64,000 nt of DNA, from assembly GCA_963822585.1 (NCBI GenBank), contig CAWGIE010000031.1, forward strand, positions 32,001-96,000. The letters are read 5' to 3'. Position 1 is the first letter of the stretch; each line of letters begins with the position of its first letter. This document shows positions 37,721-47,858 of the stretch, in pieces. The stretch is from an uncultured bacterium. Its GTDB lineage: Bacteria > Auribacterota > Erginobacteria > Erginobacterales > Erginobacteraceae. Position numbers and translations under genes: made by a program. The notes under the pieces are model-generated. The model was not told the origin of the DNA, made no database searches, and worked only from the letters and a program-made list of their open reading frames with translations.

Positions 37721-40243
37721 TCAGTGCCGGCGCCGGGAACGGAACGACAGACGGATCAGCCCGAGCAGGGCCAGGAGTCCCGCTCCGGTTATCGCCAGCC
37801 CCGGTCCGATTGAAGACGGCCGGAACACCATCTCAATCCGGCACTCCCCGGGCGGACACCAGATCCCCCTCTGGAGGTAATTTACCCGGTGAACAGGGAC
37901 CGGTTCCCCGTTTAAGGTCGCCCGCCAATCCGGATGGTAAACATCGGTCATCACCAGCATAGCCGGAGTCGAAATTTCCGCGTCGATCACTACCCGGTTG
38001 GGGTCGCGGAAATCCAGGTGGGTAATCGGGTTTGCAGCCTGCAACTCCTCAAAATGGGCACTATATTCCTCCTCGCTTCCCGGAACGAAAGATTTGTAAT
38101 CAGTAATCGGTAATCGGTAATCAGACCGTAAGCCTACCCCAGTCCACTGATCACTGATTACTGATAACTGATTACTTCCTTCAACGAAGACTCCCTCCCT
38201 CAAATCCCCCCCGACCAGTTCCGCCACCGCCTCCTCTTCCGAACACCCGATAATCCTATCTATCGTGTAGAGCCGGGGCAGGGCGCCGGCCGCGCGATAG
38301 GCGAAATCGCCGTTGACTCTTTTCTCGTCTCCCAGGTGAGAAATGATCAAGCGGGAGGGGGAGAGGAAATACCGTCCGCTCATATTTAGCCAGAACCTCG
38401 AGGACCAGTCCTTGACCTTGATTTCATAGGGGAACCCCTCCGTCAACTCCTCGATGATCCCCTGGAAGCGGGGATCGAGGGGCTTGATATCGAAGCCCAG
38501 CAGGGAGAGGGAACCATCCAGCCAGCCGAGATTGTCGAAGTAGGAGCGGTAATAGAGACGGCGATAGAGGCCCCCCTCCCCTTCCCGCTCCGGCCGCCAG
38601 TGAAGAATTTTTTGGTAAACCGGGTCGTCGTCCGGTCCGAAATATCGCTCGGCGTACATATCCCGGTAACGGTGGTTGAGGACCCGGTTGTGATAAAACG
38701 CCCGATAGGAAAAGAAGATCAGTTCCCCCGCCGACGTTACGATGAGAAGGGTTCGCAGGCACTTTCCGCCCCTGACCCCGGCGATCAGGAGCAGCCAGCA
38801 CGCCCCCAGAATCAGGTATAAGACCGGCCCACGGATAAACCAGGGCCAATCCCCGAGCGCCGTCAATTGCCGGAAACCGGGCGAGAATACAGTACCTCTG
38901 ATATCGGAATAAGGGGATACGAGAGCCAGACCGGCCAGCAGGAGAACGAAAAGCAGATAGATAACCGCCGGCCGGATCAACCGTGGCGGACGATAGCGAG
39001 CCATAAGTTCGACCGAGACCCCGAGCAGACCGGCCAGGGCGAAGCACTCGATGCTCCGGAAGCGAACCGGATAGGGCATCCGGAGAACCGGGATCAGAAC
39101 CCGGAAAAAGCCATAAGCCGGGGTGTATCTACCCAAAACCACCAGAATTCCGAAGAGGAAGATGGCGAAAAAACCCCACCAGTATTGCCGGAGGGAGCGG
39201 CCCCGGTCGTCTCCCCCCTGTCGGCCCGACAAGCTGAGAAAGCCGGCGAAAACCAGGAATAAAAGGAACAGACCTCCCAGCAGATTAGCGTCGTTCAGGG
39301 TGAGGTTCATCCGGTGAGCCGCCCCCCAGGTATGGTAGCTGGTCACCCCCCCGAAGTAATCGGGGAGGAAGAGGGTGACCAGGTAAAGGGGGGGCATACT
39401 CTGGGCCAGCCCCGACAGCGCCTCGACCGTCTCTCCCGTCTCCGTCCCCAGCATCCGAAGCCCGGAGATCATATTTCCCCAGTAAACCCCGGCCAGGAGA
39501 AAACCGATCCCGAAGAAGGCGATCCCTCCTCCGGCGACGCGCCAAACCACCTTCCAATCCCTCCTCTTCAGGCCCGGAATAATCAGAGCCAGACCAAAGA
39601 GAGCGGTAATGAAGAGCAGGTGGGCCACTACCGGGACATCGCCGGACGGGGAGACCAGGGCGAAGGCCCCCGCCCCCAGGATCAGCCATCGAAGCCGGCC
39701 GGTTTTCGCGAACCCGATCAGGCAGAGACAGAAGAGCGGGAGCCAGGCCTGGATCAGAACTTCCGGGGGGCAGAGCGAGAAATAGATCATCGCCGGGCTG
39801 AGCGTGTATGCGAGGGAGAAGAGGAACGATCCCGGACGGCCGAGTTTGAGTCCGCGCCGGCAGAAGAGATAGGAAAACCAGGCGGAGAGAAGATAGGAGA
39901 CCGTCAGGGGGAGTTTGATCAGCCAGAGATAATCGCGGACCGGATCGAGGCCACCCAAAATGAGAAAAATCCAGTTCAAGGGAGAGATCGCGCTCTGGAA
40001 GAAGTGTCCGTAAAAAGGACTCGCCCCGGCGGCCAGATGAGGATTCCACCAGGGGATGGTCCCCCGGACCAGGGCCCGGGAGAGAAACGACTGTTGGGGG
40101 TAGAAAAAAAACGCTATATCATCGAAGAAAAATTTCTCCCAGCCGGCCAGCAGGGGCAGGAAAAAGAGAGTGAGCAGCATCGTGAGGAGAGCAAAAGGAA
40201 GCCAGCGGCAAGAGATCTTTTGTTTTCCTTGGTCATTATTCAT
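37721..40243 (-). CDS. YfhO-family GT-C membrane protein (tandem paralog of 34903..37491)
   Basis: FDD, IPWWNP...GASP, QAWLP, VRFR, DVYHPDWRATLNG...VNYLQRGI. Confidence 0.85.
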   Translation of the reverse strand: MNNDQGKQKISCRWLPFALLTMLLTLFFLPLLAGWEKFFFDDIAFFFYPQQSFLSRALVRGTIPWWNPHLAAGASPFYGHFFQSAISPLNWIFLILGGLDPVRDYLWLIKLPLTVSYLLSAWFSYLFCRRGLKLGRPGSFLFSLAYTLSPAMIYFSLCPPEVLIQAWLPLFCLCLIGFAKTGRLRWLILGAGAFALVSPSGDVPVVAHLLFITALFGLALIIPGLKRRDWKVVWRVAGGGIAFFGIGFLLAGVYWGNMISGLRMLGTETGETVEALSGLAQSMPPLYLVTLFLPDYFGGVTSYHTWGAAHRMNLTLNDANLLGGLFLLFLVFAGFLSLSGRQGGDDRGRSLRQYWWGFFAIFLFGILVVLGRYTPAYGFFRVLIPVLRMPYPVRFRSIECFALAGLLGVSVELMARYRPPRLIRPAVIYLLFVLLLAGLALVSPYSDIRGTVFSPGFRQLTALGDWPWFIRGPVLYLILGACWLLLIAGVRGGKCLRTLLIVTSAGELIFFSYRAFYHNRVLNHRYRDMYAERYFGPDDDPVYQKILHWRPEREGEGGLYRRLYYRSYFDNLGWLDGSLSLLGFDIKPLDPRFQGIIEELTEGFPYEIKVKDWSSRFWLNMSGRYFLSPSRLIISHLGDEKRVNGDFAYRAAGALPRLYTIDRIIGCSEEEAVAELVGGDLREGVFVEGSNQLSVISDQWTGVGLRSDYRLPITDYKSFVPGSEEEYSAHFEELQAANPITHLDFRDPNRVVIDAEISTPAMLVMTDVYHPDWRATLNGEPVPVHRVNYLQRGIWCPPGECRIEMVFRPSSIGPGLAITGAGLLALLGLIRLSFRSRRRH
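38096..38175. repeat. In-frame heptamer inverted-repeat element
   Basis: 29-nt arms gtaatcagtaatcggtaatcggtaatcag and ctgatcactgattactgataactgattac (25/29 complementary), translated SNQLSVISDQW...SDYRLPITDY. Confidence 0.8.
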
Positions 40244-42290
40244 AAAAGCCTAATTCGGAGAGCGCCAGGAAATAATCCCGACTGTTGTCCGGATTGTTTA
40301 CCAGGTAAAGCTTATAGAATCGATACGATCGATCCGGAGCAATGTTCCAATAAATCCACTGGTTGAGATTCGGATTGCGCGGACCTTCCAGGAGAGATAC
40401 CGGCTCCCAATTGACTCGATCCCGACTTCCCAGGAGCAGTCCTCTCTTTATAAATGCCTGAGGATTGGATGGGGCGGGCAGGGCGGCCACGGTCCGGACT
40501 CGAGCGGCCTTTTCCGGCCCCAGATCGACTTCCAGCCAGGACGGGCGGGTAACAAAATCCACCAAATCCCGGATATGCCATACTGTGTCATAATCCCCGT
40601 CGATCAGATTCTCGGCCCCCTGCCCCGGACCGTTCTGATCGGAGACTCTCAGACGAACATCGCGAGCCGACAGAAGATTACCGGGTTTTTTCTCGGAAAT
40701 TATTTGATCGGATGCCTGAATCGGTTGTGCTGCCCCGGCCTCCTTTTCCAGCCGGTCAATGACCCGGAACAGCCAGGAATATTCCATTTCCGCAAAGAAC
40801 CAGTAGGAGCGGCGGGGATAATTTTTCCTTAATTCTTCCAATACCCCCGGCTGATCCCGATTCTTCCAGATATTCATAACCATCTCTCGGGTCAGCTCGA
40901 TCCCGTCATTCTCCACCCTGGCGGTATCTGGATAGAGCGCTCCGATCGGGCGGCCGTGATCGAGATACCAGGAACGGCCGAGCACGATAAAATTATACCC
41001 GCCCAGCAGAAGCAGAAATATGAAAATAATCAGGCCGATCGGCCGATACCGTTCTTGACCGGAAGAAAGAATCAAGGAGACCAATAATACCCAGAATACC
41101 GGGAAAAGCGTTCCGTAATAATAGCTTGATTGAACTATTCCTTTCTTAGTGAAAAGCATCGTTTCAAAGATCAAGAATAAAATGATCACCAGAAATACCC
41201 GGGCAATTATTTTTTTCCGGGCGGAAGAAGCCCGGAAAAACATCAGCAGGAAATATCCTCCGAAAAAGAGGGGAATCAAAACGCTCAACGCCGATATTTC
41301 CAGGTCCCCCGATGAGCTTCTGATACTGATATAATCAAAAAGAATGTTCCGGGCGTTAATCAAGATATTAAGCGGGATAAACTTTTCCCATACTCTGTAT
41401 TCAGAAGCGCCAAACGGATGGAGCTCGCACTGCCAGAAATTGAAATTTCCAAACCCCAAATTTTCGATTATTCGGGGAGCAAGCCAGGTCACAAAAAGAA
41501 CAAAAATTACCGGTAGCAAGCCGTAAGCGAAAATCCTCCACCATCTCGGCGGCCGGGAAAACAATAAAGCGGGAAATAAAACCGGTATCGCGATAAAAAT
41601 GAACCAGAAGGTTTCCTCCAGAAAGAAAGATATAAAAACACTCAATACCAGCAACCAGAACCACCCGGTATTTTTTCCCTCCCGATCATTCCCCCGGCAG
41701 GGAACGATAACGGACGCGCAATAAAGGCAAAAAATAGCGGCAAAACGGCAGAGAGGTTTTCCGGGATGAAAAAACATAACGATCCCGGAAAGAAAACCGG
41801 TGGATAAATAATAAAGTGATATCCCCATCCAGGCGGAAATTCTGTTCCGGCTGAGATTATAAATGAGTTTCCAGAGGAAAAGAGGGCTCAGCAATAGGCT
41901 GAAAATCCAGGTTAGAGACAAACTAAGGAGCGGCGGAAAATGCTGAAAAAACCAGTTCCTGAATTTCAGATCCACAACCGTCCCTACATAAGACAGAAAA
42001 CGGGTACGCATGGCCCCGTCAAAACTCCAGAAATCAAAGCCCCGCAATAAATCTTCGGCAACCAGGTCGTGCCGGTTACCGAGCGCGAATGGGAGGTGGC
42101 GGCTGACCGCCTCCGGATGAACCCAGGTCAGATTTGGATCGGAGAGACAATAAATCACAAAGAGCGCTGAGAGGATAAAAATGAGAATATAAATTCCGGA
42201 GCGGGCGAGTCCCGGATATTTTTCCCCGGATAGGTCCTGATCGCCGGTGCCGGCGATATTTTTATGAAATAAATGTGCTTTCACGACCAA
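40236..42290 (-). CDS. Polytopic GT-C-like membrane protein with C-terminal discoidin (F5/8C, CBM32-like) domain (family 4)
   Basis: RTRFLS...DLKFRNW, PGK, EE, YY; C-terminal NLIDGDYDTVW...WLEVDLG...YRFYKL...LSELGFY. Confidence 0.7.
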   Translation of the reverse strand: MVVKAHLFHKNIAGTGDQDLSGEKYPGLARSGIYILIFILSALFVIYCLSDPNLTWVHPEAVSRHLPFALGNRHDLVAEDLLRGFDFWSFDGAMRTRFLSYVGTVVDLKFRNWFFQHFPPLLSLSLTWIFSLLLSPLFLWKLIYNLSRNRISAWMGISLYYLSTGFLSGIVMFFHPGKPLCRFAAIFCLYCASVIVPCRGNDREGKNTGWFWLLVLSVFISFFLEETFWFIFIAIPVLFPALLFSRPPRWWRIFAYGLLPVIFVLFVTWLAPRIIENLGFGNFNFWQCELHPFGASEYRVWEKFIPLNILINARNILFDYISIRSSSGDLEISALSVLIPLFFGGYFLLMFFRASSARKKIIARVFLVIILFLIFETMLFTKKGIVQSSYYYGTLFPVFWVLLVSLILSSGQERYRPIGLIIFIFLLLLGGYNFIVLGRSWYLDHGRPIGALYPDTARVENDGIELTREMVMNIWKNRDQPGVLEELRKNYPRRSYWFFAEMEYSWLFRVIDRLEKEAGAAQPIQASDQIISEKKPGNLLSARDVRLRVSDQNGPGQGAENLIDGDYDTVWHIRDLVDFVTRPSWLEVDLGPEKAARVRTVAALPAPSNPQAFIKRGLLLGSRDRVNWEPVSLLEGPRNPNLNQWIYWNIAPDRSYRFYKLYLVNNPDNSRDYFLALSELGFYE

Positions 42291-42306
42291 AAATCAGGTG
42301 AAATAG

Positions 42307-43725
42307 TCAGAAACGTGGTCGGGGAAGTTTCAGGACTCCCCATCCCGTTTCCAGAATCCAGCGCAGTTCTCCCCAAGAACGGGCTGAACGTAGAATCCTC
42401 CAGATGATGAGAGGGCGGCCGTAAAAACGCCGGTAGGCCCGCCGATAAGCGGAAGTCACCTCGGTAGGATTCATTCCCGGCAGGTTGAAGCGGGCCTGGC
42501 TTCCGTAAAAACCCAAGGTGATTAAATCATCCAGATTAAAGAAAAGTTCTCCTTCTCTAATAATCTCTTCATATGCTTCAGTCCCGGGCAACGGAATCAT
42601 ACACGCGAAGTTGGCAATATCCGGGTCCATTCTCAGGGCGAATTCAATCGTGTCATCCATGGTCTCTCGATTATCGCGGGGAAGCCCCAGGATAAAATTA
42701 CCATATACCAAAATACCTCTTTTCCGGGCCCAGTTACTTACTTTCAAAACCGCTTCCAGGTCCAGATTTTTCCTGATTTGTTTCTGCATCGCCTGATTCC
42801 CGCTTTCGACTCCGATGGAAATCTTAAAAACTCCTGCTTCCTTCATGATCTGGATAAGTTCTTCGTCACAATAATCCGCCCGGATTCCATTCTGAATATT
42901 GATAGCCAGTTTAAAAGAGCGCAACCGGGTAAAAAGTTCTTTTGACCAGTCGAGTTTAACCCCCAGAGCGTCGTCCAGGAAATCGATCTGCCTGACGCCG
43001 AATTGTGCCACCAGAGTCTCGACTTCTTTCATCACTCGATCGACCGAATGAAGGCGGTAGCGGGTCCCGAATATGCTCTTATTGCAGAAAACGCATTGAA
43101 AAGGACAACCCCGGCTGGTAAAGATGGCGCCAACCGGACGGCGCCGGGACCGGCTCTTATATAGTTTCAAAGGGGGGAGAAGGTCCCAGGCGGGCAGCGG
43201 AAGCGAATCGATATCATCGATCAAGGGGCGCGGGTTTTCTATCTTGATTCCCCCGTTTTCCATCCTCCATTGACAGCCTCTGATCCCCCGAAAGGGAGTG
43301 GTCTCCCGATTTCCCCCTTTTTGGAGAATTTCCAGGAGCGTCTCTTCTCCCTCTCCGATCACGACCGCCGAAACGGCCGGATCTTTCAGACAAAATTCCG
43401 GCTTGGCGGAAGGGAAAGGACCTCCGAACAGGATATGGCCGCGGTAGCCTTTCCCCCGGATTAAGCGGGCAAGGGAGATGCCGGAGCGGTGGGTGATAAT
43501 ATTGGTGGAAAAACCGACAAAACGCGGATTATGGGAGATAATAAATTTCGCCACGGCTTCCTCCGACATCCGAAGGATATTGCTATCCAGCAAACCGACT
43601 GAAAAACCCTGAGAGCGGACATAGGCAGCCAAATAAGCCAGCCCCAGAGGAGGCTCAACCGTAGCCTCATTGATTCCGGAAGCCCGGACTGGAAATGGAT
43701 TAACCAACAAAATATCCACAGACAA
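42307..43725 (-). CDS. Cobalamin-binding radical SAM enzyme (group A)
   Basis: PPLGLAYL, GGPFPS, GEGE, SRGCPFQCVFC, GVESG, PLPGT, RRAYRRFYGRP. Confidence 0.92.
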   Translation of the reverse strand: MSVDILLVNPFPVRASGINEATVEPPLGLAYLAAYVRSQGFSVGLLDSNILRMSEEAVAKFIISHNPRFVGFSTNIITHRSGISLARLIRGKGYRGHILFGGPFPSAKPEFCLKDPAVSAVVIGEGEETLLEILQKGGNRETTPFRGIRGCQWRMENGGIKIENPRPLIDDIDSLPLPAWDLLPPLKLYKSRSRRRPVGAIFTSRGCPFQCVFCNKSIFGTRYRLHSVDRVMKEVETLVAQFGVRQIDFLDDALGVKLDWSKELFTRLRSFKLAINIQNGIRADYCDEELIQIMKEAGVFKISIGVESGNQAMQKQIRKNLDLEAVLKVSNWARKRGILVYGNFILGLPRDNRETMDDTIEFALRMDPDIANFACMIPLPGTEAYEEIIREGELFFNLDDLITLGFYGSQARFNLPGMNPTEVTSAYRRAYRRFYGRPLIIWRILRSARSWGELRWILETGWGVLKLPRPRF

Positions 43726-43909
43726 ACTCCCTGCTCATTCTTCCGGCTTATGTAATACCCGGTGGCTGGGTGAGAGCAAATTGCGGAATCGCCCGCACAT
43801 AATTCTCAGCCAAAAATATAAACCATCCGCGACCACCCGGGATTTCGATTTCCCCCGGGCCGGGCACGTTCATTGCCGGGAACCTAAATAATGTTCGTTC
43901 ATCCCGATA

Positions 43910-44060
43910 TAGTGTGCCGTCTCAGAAATAACTTGCGTAAATAAGTCATTGCGAGGAGCAGAGCGACGAAGCAATCTCTCTGGTCCCCAAGGAGTTGAGA
44001 TTACTTCGCTATCACTCGCAATGACAAACAAATATCTTTTATTTCTGAGACACCACATTA
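43910..44060. mobile_element. MITE-like element with 22-bp terminal inverted repeats around an RPE-like palindromic core
   Basis: tagtgtgccgtctcagaaataa ... ttatttctgagacaccacatta (19/22); core gtcattgcgagg...gcaatctc...gagattac...ctcgcaatgac at 43945-44025. Confidence 0.7.
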
Positions 44061-44467
44061 GCACTATACGGAAAATCAAAAGACGGATCAATTGTACTTT
44101 TTCTTTTCGACAAAACGGCTGATTGGCTTGGGCAAACGGGGAGAAAGCTTCCCCGAAAATTCGTGAGTTTTATCTCGCAGGAGGGTTCTGATTTTGCTAA
44201 CATTTCCTCCGTGTGTTCCTGTGATTCCCGGGCTTTTTCTCACTCATTACACTCTACCATGGCGCAGGCCGCATGGCTACGTGGGGTTTCAACAATCCGG
44301 TTGCCGTATAAGCATTTAGATTATTCAGGCGTAAAAACCGGGAAAGTCCTGGAATATATTTTCGGACAGAATCAAGTCATACCCGACAATTTTATGGAGG
44401 GTGGCGGCGGGAGAGAACCGAGGAACTGATGGCTAATCATTTGCAAACTGTAATCTGAGGATAACCT

Positions 44468-45235
44468 ATGCCGATAAATCCAGATATCACCCCGTATTTC
44501 CGTCTTGATCCCTGGTATTCTCCCGATGAGAACAAGGCGGTCTGGGAAGAGTATCAACGCCGCCTTGAGAAGGTTTCGATCATTATTCCAACTCGTAATG
44601 AAGAGAATAACATTGCCGATATCGTACATTACTGCCGCCTTTATGGAGATGAACTTATCGTGGTTGACGGGCATTCCACTGACGGGACCAGGAAGATAGC
44701 AGAGGGGCTCGGTTGCCGGGTGATCGAGGACCACGGCAAAGGCAAAGGTGATGGCCTGAGAACAGCCGCCCAAGCGGCTATCAGCGATATCCTGGTATTT
44801 ATTGATGCCGATTACTCACATCGGCCGGCCGATATTCCCCGTTTGGTAGCACCGCTATTGCGGGGGGAATCCGACCTGGTGATCGGCTCCCGGATTTCAG
44901 GAGGTTCGGATGAGGCGATGATTACTTTCGATCATCTGATCCGGTTGGGAGGTTCTCAAATGATTGCTTTTGGAATAGCATTAATTTTTGGCAAGCAAAT
45001 CACGGAAGTGGAGAACGGGTTCCGGGCCATCAGAAGAGATATCTTTATTTCTCTGGAGTTGAAGCAGAATGACTTTACGATCGAACAGGAGATGGTTATC
45101 AGGGCTCTTCGGAAACGCTATCGGGTTATGGAAGTTCCCACTCACGAATATGCCCGGAGGGGTGGCAAATCCAAGTTGAAGACGATACAGGGCTGGAAAT
45201 TTATCCTCAATTTTTTCCAGGCCCTGTGGTTTTAG
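44468..45235 (+). CDS. GT2 polyprenol-phosphate glycosyltransferase (DPM1-like)
   Basis: IIPTRNEE, VDGHSTDGT, GKGDG, IDADYSH, IGSR, NGFRA, RRGGKSK. Confidence 0.9.
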   Translation: MPINPDITPYFRLDPWYSPDENKAVWEEYQRRLEKVSIIIPTRNEENNIADIVHYCRLYGDELIVVDGHSTDGTRKIAEGLGCRVIEDHGKGKGDGLRTAAQAAISDILVFIDADYSHRPADIPRLVAPLLRGESDLVIGSRISGGSDEAMITFDHLIRLGGSQMIAFGIALIFGKQITEVENGFRAIRRDIFISLELKQNDFTIEQEMVIRALRKRYRVMEVPTHEYARRGGKSKLKTIQGWKFILNFFQALWF

Positions 45236-45251
45236 CCATCGGCCGCCGGTA

Positions 45252-46346
45252 TTGTCTGCAATGATCTCATCGTACAGGAATTTGGCCTGGAATATCCTGC
45301 TGGCGAATTGTAATCGCTTGAAGCGACCTTTCAAATTGCTGCTGGCGCTCACGTATCGATGCAACCTCCGATGCCGGTATTGTCAGATCTGGAAGAGACC
45401 GCCGGGAGCGGAGATGGAGATAAAGGAAATAGAAACTTTCTTTGCCCGGCAGCCGTATTTCTCCTGGATTGACCTGGGAGGGGGGGAAGTGACCCTCCGG
45501 CCCGATCTTCCCGAAATTATCAAAATTATAGTCTCCCGGTCCCCGCATCTTGTCTTGCTCCACTTTCCCACCAACGGTTACCTTCCGGAATCGCTCTTTA
45601 CCGTTGCCCGCCTGGTAAAGAGATTAAAGGTGCCGCGTTTCATTATGACAGTAAGCATCGATGGTCCCGCTCCGGTCCACGACCGGCTGCGGGGTATGAA
45701 AGGAAGTTTCTCTAAAGCTCTTGAATCCTTCGAAGGATTGCGCCGCGTTGAAATGACCGAGGCGTATTTGGGGATGACTCTCGGAACGGAAAACTCCGGG
45801 TTAATCGAAGAGACGTTTCAATCCGTAAAAAAAGTGCTGGGCTGGGTGCGGAAATCTGATTTTCATTTCAATCTCGCCCACAATGCTTTTTACTACAACA
45901 ACCTGGAAACCCGGGTATCTCCTCCAATAGACCTTTCCCGGCTGCTCCGCCGGGTCAGCCGTTGGCCCGCACCCCGGTGGAGCCCTCAAACAATACTGGA
46001 GCGTTGCTATCTCCGACTGGCCGAACAGTATTTATTATCCGGAAAGAGTCCCCTATCCTGTTTCGCCTTACGCGCTTCGTGCTTTATCGATCCTTCCTGG
46101 CAGGTCTTTCCCTGCGTCGGTTATGAACGACCACTGGGCAACCTGAGAAGCAATGAATTCAACCTGTCCCGGCTCTGGAATGGCCCGATTGCGCGAAAAA
46201 TCCGGGAGGAGATCGAAAGCGGTAATTGCCCCCAATGCTGGACACCTTGCGAGGCTTACCAATCGATACTGGGGAATGCATGGTCGTTTATTAACAGAAG
46301 AAATTTCCGGAGACAGCCGGAGGACTCTGGAATGATCTTCAAATAG
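45252..46346 (+). CDS. Radical SAM enzyme with SPASM/twitch domain
   Basis: TYRCNLRCRYC, GGE, TNG, SIDG...HDRLRG; C-terminal C...FPC...CPQCWTPCE. Confidence 0.9.
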   Translation: MSAMISSYRNLAWNILLANCNRLKRPFKLLLALTYRCNLRCRYCQIWKRPPGAEMEIKEIETFFARQPYFSWIDLGGGEVTLRPDLPEIIKIIVSRSPHLVLLHFPTNGYLPESLFTVARLVKRLKVPRFIMTVSIDGPAPVHDRLRGMKGSFSKALESFEGLRRVEMTEAYLGMTLGTENSGLIEETFQSVKKVLGWVRKSDFHFNLAHNAFYYNNLETRVSPPIDLSRLLRRVSRWPAPRWSPQTILERCYLRLAEQYLLSGKSPLSCFALRASCFIDPSWQVFPCVGYERPLGNLRSNEFNLSRLWNGPIARKIREEIESGNCPQCWTPCEAYQSILGNAWSFINRRNFRRQPEDSGMIFK

Positions 46347-46371
46347 CAACATAACCGGGAAGCGAACCGCT

Positions 46372-47796
46372 TCAGGAGAGATACCTGAGGTAATTCTTCC
46401 GGGCCCGCCAGAACATCCTCATCACCTCAAGCCAGGAGATCGGTTTCTCCGACTTGTAGCGCCACATCGAGGAAATCACGAAAAACCCGAAGAACAATCT
46501 CGGGCTCCGGATCCGGACCAGCCGGCGGAAGAGCGGGATCAGGAACGGCAGCTTCATCGCCAGGTGAGAGATCTTCTGGACCCGCTCCACCTCCTCGATC
46601 CCCGGGTAGTTGAAAACGCTGTTGAGGTGAACCCCCCTAAACTTCTCGCTCTCGAGGTATCCGGGCTCGAGAATCCCGGCCTCCAGGGCCATCTTCTCGA
46701 TCCCGGTCCGGGGAAAGGGCAGCAGGATGTTGGAGCACATAAAGTCGGTTTGCAGCCGGATATTGAACCGGATGTTCTCGAAGGCCTCCTCCACCGTCTC
46801 GAAGGGGAGACCGAAGATATTGGTGGTCTGGAGCTTCATCCCGTGCTTCTTCACCAGCCGGGCGCACTCGATCATCTGCTCGTCGGTCACCCGCTTATTC
46901 AGGATCTTGAACCGCTTCTCCTCATTGGCCGTCTCCACCCCGAAGGTTACCGTGTGGCAGCCGGTCTCCTTGAGCAGGGCGGCCACCTCCTCGGTCATCG
47001 CCGGAGCCGTCACCGCGCAGAAGAAGGGCAGGCCGACCTCTTCCCGGTAGAGGCGGGAGAACTCCTTGAGCCATTCGAGGTCGAAGACGAAGAGATCATC
47101 GAGAAAACAGATCGACTCCATCCCGTATCGCTCCTTCACCGTCCGAATCTCCCGGATCACCTTGGACGGCGATTTCCTCCGGACGTATTTCGTCCGCCCT
47201 TGGTAGAGGTCACGGTAAACCTGATGACAGCAGAAGGAACAGGAGTAGGGACAGCCGCGGGAGGCGATGAACTGCTTTAACTTCTCCTCGCGGAGCGCCG
47301 GATACTTCCGGTAATATATCTCCCGGTCCTCGTCCGGGAGGCCGTCGAGGTCGGGGACCAGGCTGGGCTGATCGGATTTGAGAATTTTCCCGTCCCGCTT
47401 CACCCAGAAGCCATCCACCACTTCCGGCCGTCCCGTCTTCTCCAGACCCTTGAGGAAAGCGGGAAAGGAGTACTCCCCCTCCCCCACGCAGACCGCGTCC
47501 ACGGCAGAGTGCTCGATCATCTCCGGCACCGCGGTGGCGTGGATGTACCCGGCGACCACGGTCAGGGTGGGGAGCCGCCGCTTGATCTCCCCGGCGGTCT
47601 CCATCATCCAGCGGTACTCGTGGCTCATCACCGGCAGGGCCAGCACCTCCGGCCGGAATTTGACCACCGCCCCCACCGGATCTTCTTCGAGGTCGCCGAC
47701 AAAGACCTCCCGCTCGTACTCTCCCGGGAGGCAGGCGCTGATCGACATCACCCCGAAATACGGGAAGGGATATTTCTGCAGAAAAGCGATCCTCAT
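46372..47796 (-). CDS. Cobalamin-binding radical SAM enzyme (group B)
   Basis: GVMSISA, GYIHAT, GEGE, SRGCPYSCSFC, LDDLF, GVET. Confidence 0.92.
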   Translation of the reverse strand: MRIAFLQKYPFPYFGVMSISACLPGEYEREVFVGDLEEDPVGAVVKFRPEVLALPVMSHEYRWMMETAGEIKRRLPTLTVVAGYIHATAVPEMIEHSAVDAVCVGEGEYSFPAFLKGLEKTGRPEVVDGFWVKRDGKILKSDQPSLVPDLDGLPDEDREIYYRKYPALREEKLKQFIASRGCPYSCSFCCHQVYRDLYQGRTKYVRRKSPSKVIREIRTVKERYGMESICFLDDLFVFDLEWLKEFSRLYREEVGLPFFCAVTAPAMTEEVAALLKETGCHTVTFGVETANEEKRFKILNKRVTDEQMIECARLVKKHGMKLQTTNIFGLPFETVEEAFENIRFNIRLQTDFMCSNILLPFPRTGIEKMALEAGILEPGYLESEKFRGVHLNSVFNYPGIEEVERVQKISHLAMKLPFLIPLFRRLVRIRSPRLFFGFFVISSMWRYKSEKPISWLEVMRMFWRARKNYLRYLS

Positions 47797-47858
47797 AAAA
47801 TTAGGCCGGGTATAATTGATGGAAACGGCACAAGTAACTGTTTTTCTCCGCCGATGGT

